NCBI GenBank assembly: GCA_036172245.1 | Contig: JAYWIR010000048.1 | Coordinates: forward strand, 1-64,000 | Direction of reading: 5' to 3' | Length of the DNA stretch: 64,000 bases | DNA from: Raillietiella orientalis | Lineage: Eukaryota | In this document: in pieces, positions 58,107 to 64,000 of the stretch | Layout of the letters: the number at the start of each line of letters is the position of its first letter | Numbering within the stretch: the stretch's first letter is position 1 | Notes under the pieces: generated by a model | Told to the model about the DNA's origin: nothing | The model's database searches: none | What the model saw: the letters and a program-made list of their open reading frames with translations, nothing else | Translations under genes and position numbers: made by a program

Positions 58107-61100
58107 CTCGTGTGTTTTGCCCTAGGGGTATTCCCGAAGAAATTCCCTATTGTCGACTTGAGAACACGCTTACCTTGAGAAAGCAGGAAAGCGGATCGAC
58201 AAGCAGAGCTGAGAATCGGTAAGATGAAGGCAATGTTCTTGAAACTGTGCACTACTTGCGATGCAGATGGTGATTCAGGAATTGTGCATGACTTCCAGGT
58301 CGTGTACGTCCTGTTTGAAAATTGCGCTCAGCTTGCAACATCGTGTCGTCCAGGATAATGTCCTTGTGGTTGGGCAGAGAAAGCGAGGACACTCTGTCTT
58401 TTGAGGAAACTCCCCCGAAGCCCCGCAAAAGCACGTGGCTGTTCAAGAAAAAGCTCAGTGCGTCAGAGGAGGAGAGCCTAAGATTGAAAAAGAGGGATGA
58501 AGAATCCATCCGATGTGGAAGGGGGGATAAAAGGAAGATGAATGCTAAGCTGAAGAAGCAGAAAAAGGAGGAAGAAAAACAGATTGCGAAACGTAGAAAG
58601 GAGGTGGACAAGGAGGTCCAGAAGCAACGCAAGCAGGATAGCGTGGAAAAGCCAAAAGTTGAGGTCGAGCAGAACACGAAGGAAGAGAAAAGCGAGATTG
58701 TTGCGGGTGAACAGAAAGAAGCTTGAGGAACCACCACCAGTGCTTTGAGAAGGAATATCATGGTGTACACTGCAAGGCCCTGAACAAGAAAGTTGCATCA
58801 CGGACAAACGCAACTTGCTTTCCAATCTGCAAGCACAAGAGAACGGTGGAAGACGTAGCATTGCCCTTCTTAGCAAGCAAGCGACAAATGAACTCCGAGG
58901 ATTCGTCCAAAATGCAAAAATGAAACTCAACCTGGAATGGAAAACGAGAGAAGGAATTTCCCGATCTGGCTCAGATTTACGGGAAGGGATCCCAGGAAAG
59001 TGGGGAGAACGACCCCGATATTTGGAGGGTGGCAGTCGATTCACCGGAAATCACACCCTGTCGGGGAAATGGAGACATCGGCAGAGGAGACGTCCTCGAA
59101 CCCCTAAGAGAAAGACCGTCTGCAGAGGCATTCTTCATCAGTCGAGGCGTGCAGTGCAGTGCAGTGCGGAATCGTTCCATCAGTCCGCAGAAGGTTGGTC
59201 AAATCGGTTCGGGTTTGCCTTTCTCTAGGGCATTTTTCACGGATGCGGAAATTCCATGTCCCGCGTGTCGCTCATTTGAACCCGTTGACCCATGGAAGGT
59301 GTTGTTTCTTTCCATTGCACAGAAAAAGTGGAAAACGTTTTTCAAGGCATTGGAATCCATCGTGGGACGATTTGAAAATGCAGCTATGAAGCTGGAGGCT
59401 GCTTTAACAACGGCGGCTCAGCCTGGAGAGAAAGAGTCCGAGAGCTTCGGTAATTTCCCCTGAGTGCTTGCCTTCTACTTCCAAAAAAGTGAGAACGTGT
59501 ACATCCGTTCTCCTAGAAGTTGCCCAACCCACGCATTCGCATAAACGTTTCGATCATTGGGGTTCGAGGACAAGTTCGTGTTGTTGCCGAGTTGTTCGCC
59601 CCAGCATTCCTTGGCTTCCTTCCGTCACCAGCAAGTGCGAGGCATGTGGGTAGCAGCTCGGGTTTCCGGAATGGGAAACTGTGTTTGAAATTTTTGCAAT
59701 TTTGATTCATCGTATCTCTTTTTAGAGAAGGACGCGTATTGGCTGCTGGACTTTGACCAAATTCGTTGGGGTCTTTCGCAGTGTTCCACATCCGGTCCAG
59801 GAGCATCTCGGAGTAAGTTCGGCGGCAGGCGCTGCTGTTGGTGAAAGCATTCGGTAAGAGCTCGGTATTTTCTAAGAACCATCGTTCGGCGTTGCCTTCT
59901 CTCAATTCCGAGAACGTTAGAACAAGTGCTTGCGAACAACTCTCTCCTCCTTTCCAGAATCCAGCTAGAATTTCTCCATGTGGTTTTTCGGTGCAAGAAA
60001 CCTGACCACCGTACGGTGCTCACATTGCTTGAGTTTCTCTCGGAATGTCTTCGACAGATCGAGGCATTCAAAGAGTGCAACACTGCATGTGCGACCTACG
60101 CTCATCTTTGCTTCGTCAGCGAGAGCGTTGCGGACCTCGCCTTGCTGACGAGGGTAAGTTGAATTGCGCGTAATTCGAAAGTATCCTTTGCCTGGAGCCT
60201 GAATCCTGCAACAACTGGCAATCATACGATGGACGTGGCGCAGTTGCTTGCTGTTCGCGTCCTCGAGGAATCCAAAGCAGAGAAAGTGTTTGGGACAGAA
60301 GGGAAACGAAAATGCTGTTTGTTGCTTTCAGGAATGTCACGTGGGTCGATTCGTGGATGGGAGTCCTATCGAACCTGCACGCATTTGTGCAAACACATCA
60401 CCCAACAGGTGTGATCTGGAACGCTGAGGGCGGTAGAGTTCACGAGCGCCTGACGGCACCCCCACTGGGACCCATGAGGAACTGTTCCTACCCTTCCAGA
60501 GTCATATCAGCTTCCAAGCCGCATTCCATTCCGATTGGAATCCGAGCAAAGCAGTAGGAAGAGGTGGGATTTTCGCTGCTTCTCGAGTTCTTTTACTGTG
60601 GCTCGCTAGGCTTCGGGCATGTGACTGATAAGAGAGAAGCAGTGAGCTCAGCAGTATCACCTGAAGAAGCAGGATACAAAGTGCATGGGGCGATAACATG
60701 ACACGAGCAATCCTTTTCCTTGACGCCACTTTCGCCTTTTGTTTTCCGTTCTGTCGCGAAGTTCCCATTTCGCACGCACGAACGTTTACACCCCCCGTTG
60801 AGTGCCCATCCTCGCGGCAAATCCGATGGACTCGCAATGATCCCTGTGCTTTTCTTTCCTGTTAATCCGTTCAAGAAATCTTTCTTGCACTCCAGTGCCC
60901 GGAGAGTGCGAACACACACCAAACGTTGACCGTTTCCTCGAGAAGAGAGTATGCAAATTCCGCCGCTATTTGATCTTTCTATCACATTCTCTCTCAGCAG
61001 CAACAAAAAACGAAGTACTCGAAGGGAAATCCATAGTCAGGAAAAGGTGGTGCCTTTGAATTGCAGAGGTGTTGCACGCATTACCGTTTGCACTTTTGCA

Positions 61101-62199
61101 AAATGCATTGCAATGCCAAAAACACAACACTTGATCGATGCCGCTAAAAGAAAGAACGATTAAAGTTTTTTGCTGGTGCCTACTACACACAAGATAAAGC
61201 CCCGGCAAAGGACGTGTCCCTGCAATCTCGCATTGGCAGTCTCACCGAAACACAAACAAGACACATCGCTTGCTCCATTCTAATGTCATCTCATCCTTCG
61301 GCATCGCACTTTACTCACAATCCCGTCGAGATTTCAGGACTTTGTCATCCCGAGTCGATCACCTCTGAAAAGAAGCTGGATGGCTGACGTGCTGCAAGTG
61401 GCCGTTCTACCCGCGTCAGCGAACCACCTTCCGCACACGAACATACATTCAGGCTCTTCACGCGAATTGTTGACGCTGACCCCACTCCTATTTCAGTCTG
61501 TCGTCAACGTATCGAAAAGGCATCCTCTCATCTGTGAGGGCGTTTCATCTCTTTCGTTCGCTCCCCGTTTTCGTCACGTCCAAATTTCCATTGCCACACT
61601 CTCCAATCGGAGAACGTCCTTCGTTACGATTGCGAATATCAGCACTCAGAGTGACACCTCCATACACAGATGTGTGACTTCATCCGAATGTCCGTTTGCA
61701 CGCTTGGAATCACGAATTGATGAATAATTCAGAAAATTGCCTGCCATCATGTTGAAATGAGTCGGACAAATCGGACTGCCAGGTATTGCCTCCACAATCG
61801 CGTTAGGAAACAATTTGCAGTACCTGGAATGACGGAATTGGAATTGAACTGGAATTGTAACCTGGAATTGACGTGTTCTTTCACTTTCCAAGTAGATGGT
61901 TGCATAGGTACGGAGCTCAATCTGCAATCATTCAGTAGGAAGGAAACAATCAGTTCGACGACTCTTCTTCCAGATGTGCACGGAAACGTTGCTGTGACAG
62001 CTTTATGAACACAATTCACACACCGAAAACCTGCTCGAAACTGAAGTGTCAGGTTTGGTTGTGCACGAATTTGTTTTGTAGCAATTGCAGATGCTTTTCG
62101 TGGGGCACTAGCTCAGCGTTTTACTGAGGACACCGTGTACGTCACCTGAGAGCCGATGAAAGTGGGGCGACCGCACCCCGAGAAGCGTCCTTAGGACGC

Positions 62200-62650
62200 T
62201 TCGTGGCAGGTCGGGCATGGACTTCCGTGGCTGAGGCTCCAGCAGCTGCGGCCGCAGCTGAAATGAAGTCCCACCTGGTAGTGGGGTACAACCCACCCCT
62301 GTCATGCACGGTAGACAATCTCTAGTCTCCTGAGAGCGCGCGCGCTTTTTCGAAAGCACTGTGCTCAATAACTGTTTCTCAGGATGAACATCAGAAGCAG
62401 CGGGCAGTGCGTGAAGGTGATTAGCAGGGAAGCTCAACGTCTGCATTGCACCCTCAACGTCTGCATTGCACCCATGTTCCTATAGGCAACTGCCGGTTCT
62501 TCCCCATTAGAAAGGAGAAGTACTTCGTGGTCCACCTCCTCAGAATCACTTTTCGGATGTCCAAAGAGGCTGTCTGAAGAGAACTTGAAAAGTTCGGCAC
62601 GATCCACGCGTTCTGAAGAAAACCTTTATCGGAGCACGACTTCTCCCACG
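62200..62650 (+). pseudogene. Degenerate A-type ORF1 N-terminal relic with a 20-bp tandem duplication (62433-62472)
   Basis: GYNPPL..VDNL*SPESARAF matches 41900-41970; ctcaacgtctgcattgcacc occurs twice. Confidence 0.75.
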
Positions 62651-62664
62651 CAGTCTCGCCGCCT

Positions 62665-63942
62665 CCAGCACGGCTCACCCTCTGTCCAAACAGAGGGTTC
62701 TCCTTCGCAAACCTCAGGCACGGCAGAAGCGGCGAGGGGAGGATCTTCGCCCCGGGTGGCAGCCTCGGGAACAGCGACACGCTCCAGTGCCACCGAGCAC
62801 TGACGGAGGGTGTCGGGACGCGGATTCTTTTTTTTAATCGCGCCGGTAGCGACCTTCTCCGCTTTCTTTTCCATCTTTCTGAGAGGTTTTTCTTTTCTGG
62901 CTTTAACCAGCTGTCATCCTTCTTCAACTTCCGCGTCTTCGGAAGTTTTTTCCTCCGATGCCTGTGTGGGAGGAAGGGGAGATGACGGCTGCTGCCGGCC
63001 ATTGGCACTCTTTGGTCTTTCGACTTGCTTACCACCCTTCGCCTGCTCCTATTTGGCGGCAGGGGCACCGGGGTGGGGCGTATAGAGCACACGCGCCGAA
63101 CGTGGCCCTGCTTCCCGCACAAGTGGCACTCAATGTTCGGGCACCTCTTGCGGAGGTGCCCTACTGCATTGCAGTAGCCATAGTACCTGGGCTTCCCCAC
63201 GGACCAGAGGTCGATCGACTCTTTTGCGACCTCCAGCTTGTGGGAGAGCCCACCATCCTCTTTAACAGTGATACGTTTTGCAGTCTGGCACCCGAAAAGG
63301 CTATTATAGCCCTCAAATAACGTGGGCTAGGTCCACAACGCGTGCACCTCTCCGTATGTTTGCAGTTCATCACTAACCACTGACCGCGTCATGCGCTTAG
63401 TGATGCCGATAGGGTGGACCACGACGGAGGGCTTCATGGATACCGGGTAGATATTGTGGCCATCTACGATCAGTGGGGTATTAATCAAGCGCTGGGTCAA
63501 GGTGATGTCTTTACACACTACCTCGAAGCGCTGACCCCCTCTGAGGACGGAGATGCTATCAAGATCTTCTTCCCTTATATTCATATTCTACAGTGCCTTA
63601 GTGAAAACGCGCGCCGTGTGACCATCAAACTGAGGACCCACCTTGTACACAAGCGAAGGCTTGTATCCAGTGGCCCTGTAGACAGCTTGTTTTGCCAGGG
63701 CTTCGGGTGACGGCGCGGTCACCATGGCACTCCACGTCCTCGCCGGCGGCGGGAATGATCCTGGGGCAGATGCCCCATCTCTGTAGACTGAGAGGGTGAG
63801 TTTGCCTCCCCCACACCTACATCCATCGCGGTGTCCTGTGGCAACGTCTCTATCGGACACCGACGATGTGAACTCACACACAACACTGGAAAAACGCTTT
63901 TCGAACCTCACTGGTGAAGCGCAGGAAAAACACGTCCGCTCA
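62665..63942 (-). mobile_element. LINE family B 5' end + decayed ORF1
   Basis: 5' motif 63925-63939; RTWSAMVTAPS, GYKPSLVYKVG, CHLCGKQGHVRRVC. Confidence 0.87.
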
Positions 63943-64000
63943 CGACGAGCAAGATTTGGGGTTGCCAACCGGGTGATAATTGACGTTGTGGTCTCTTTTA

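Noticed and set aside
58322..58726. K/E-rich 134-aa ORF as a gene
   Set aside because: Purine-rich low complexity with no recognisable domain; it could be an exon or ORF1 tail but is unsupported.
63955..63985. ccgggtgataa as another 3' terminus
   Set aside because: No upstream AATAAA or 5' stem arm, and it is too close to the window edge to interpret.

Overview
Eukaryotic repeat-dense DNA. Positions ~1-50,800 and ~62,200-64,000 are almost entirely GC-rich non-LTR (LINE, L1/Tx1-like) retrotransposons. Each has a gag-like ORF1 with 2-3 CCHC knuckles and an ORF2 with APE endonuclease, YADD reverse transcriptase and a C-terminal CxxC..H..C motif. By eye there are at least six families (my labels A-F, plus a fragment G). 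The junctions show a Russian-doll nest rather than a random pile: F sits in E, E in A, B in A, C and two tandem D copies in B, A in C, and C in a second B. Two insertions have clear 12-17 bp target-site duplications. Three junction types recur at the homologous position of different, diverged host copies (B into A ORF1, C into B endonuclease, A into the RT DxxKAFD motif). This suggests a community of LINEs that target one another at preferred sites, including a B->A->C->B cycle. Most families share a 5' GGACGTGTTTTTC motif and a 3' AATAAA + GC hairpin terminus with no poly(A) tail. Several have TAATG/TGATG-coupled ORF1/ORF2, and family B has TAACA (no AUG) at that position. The endonucleases appear to lack the usual T-F/W beta-hairpin. 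Positions ~50,900-62,100 are more AT-rich, with an old ORF1 relic and a few weak host-like ORFs I cannot assign. No copy is fully intact; the family C copy at 26479-32213 is one frameshift away. Family labels and identities are visual estimates, not computed.
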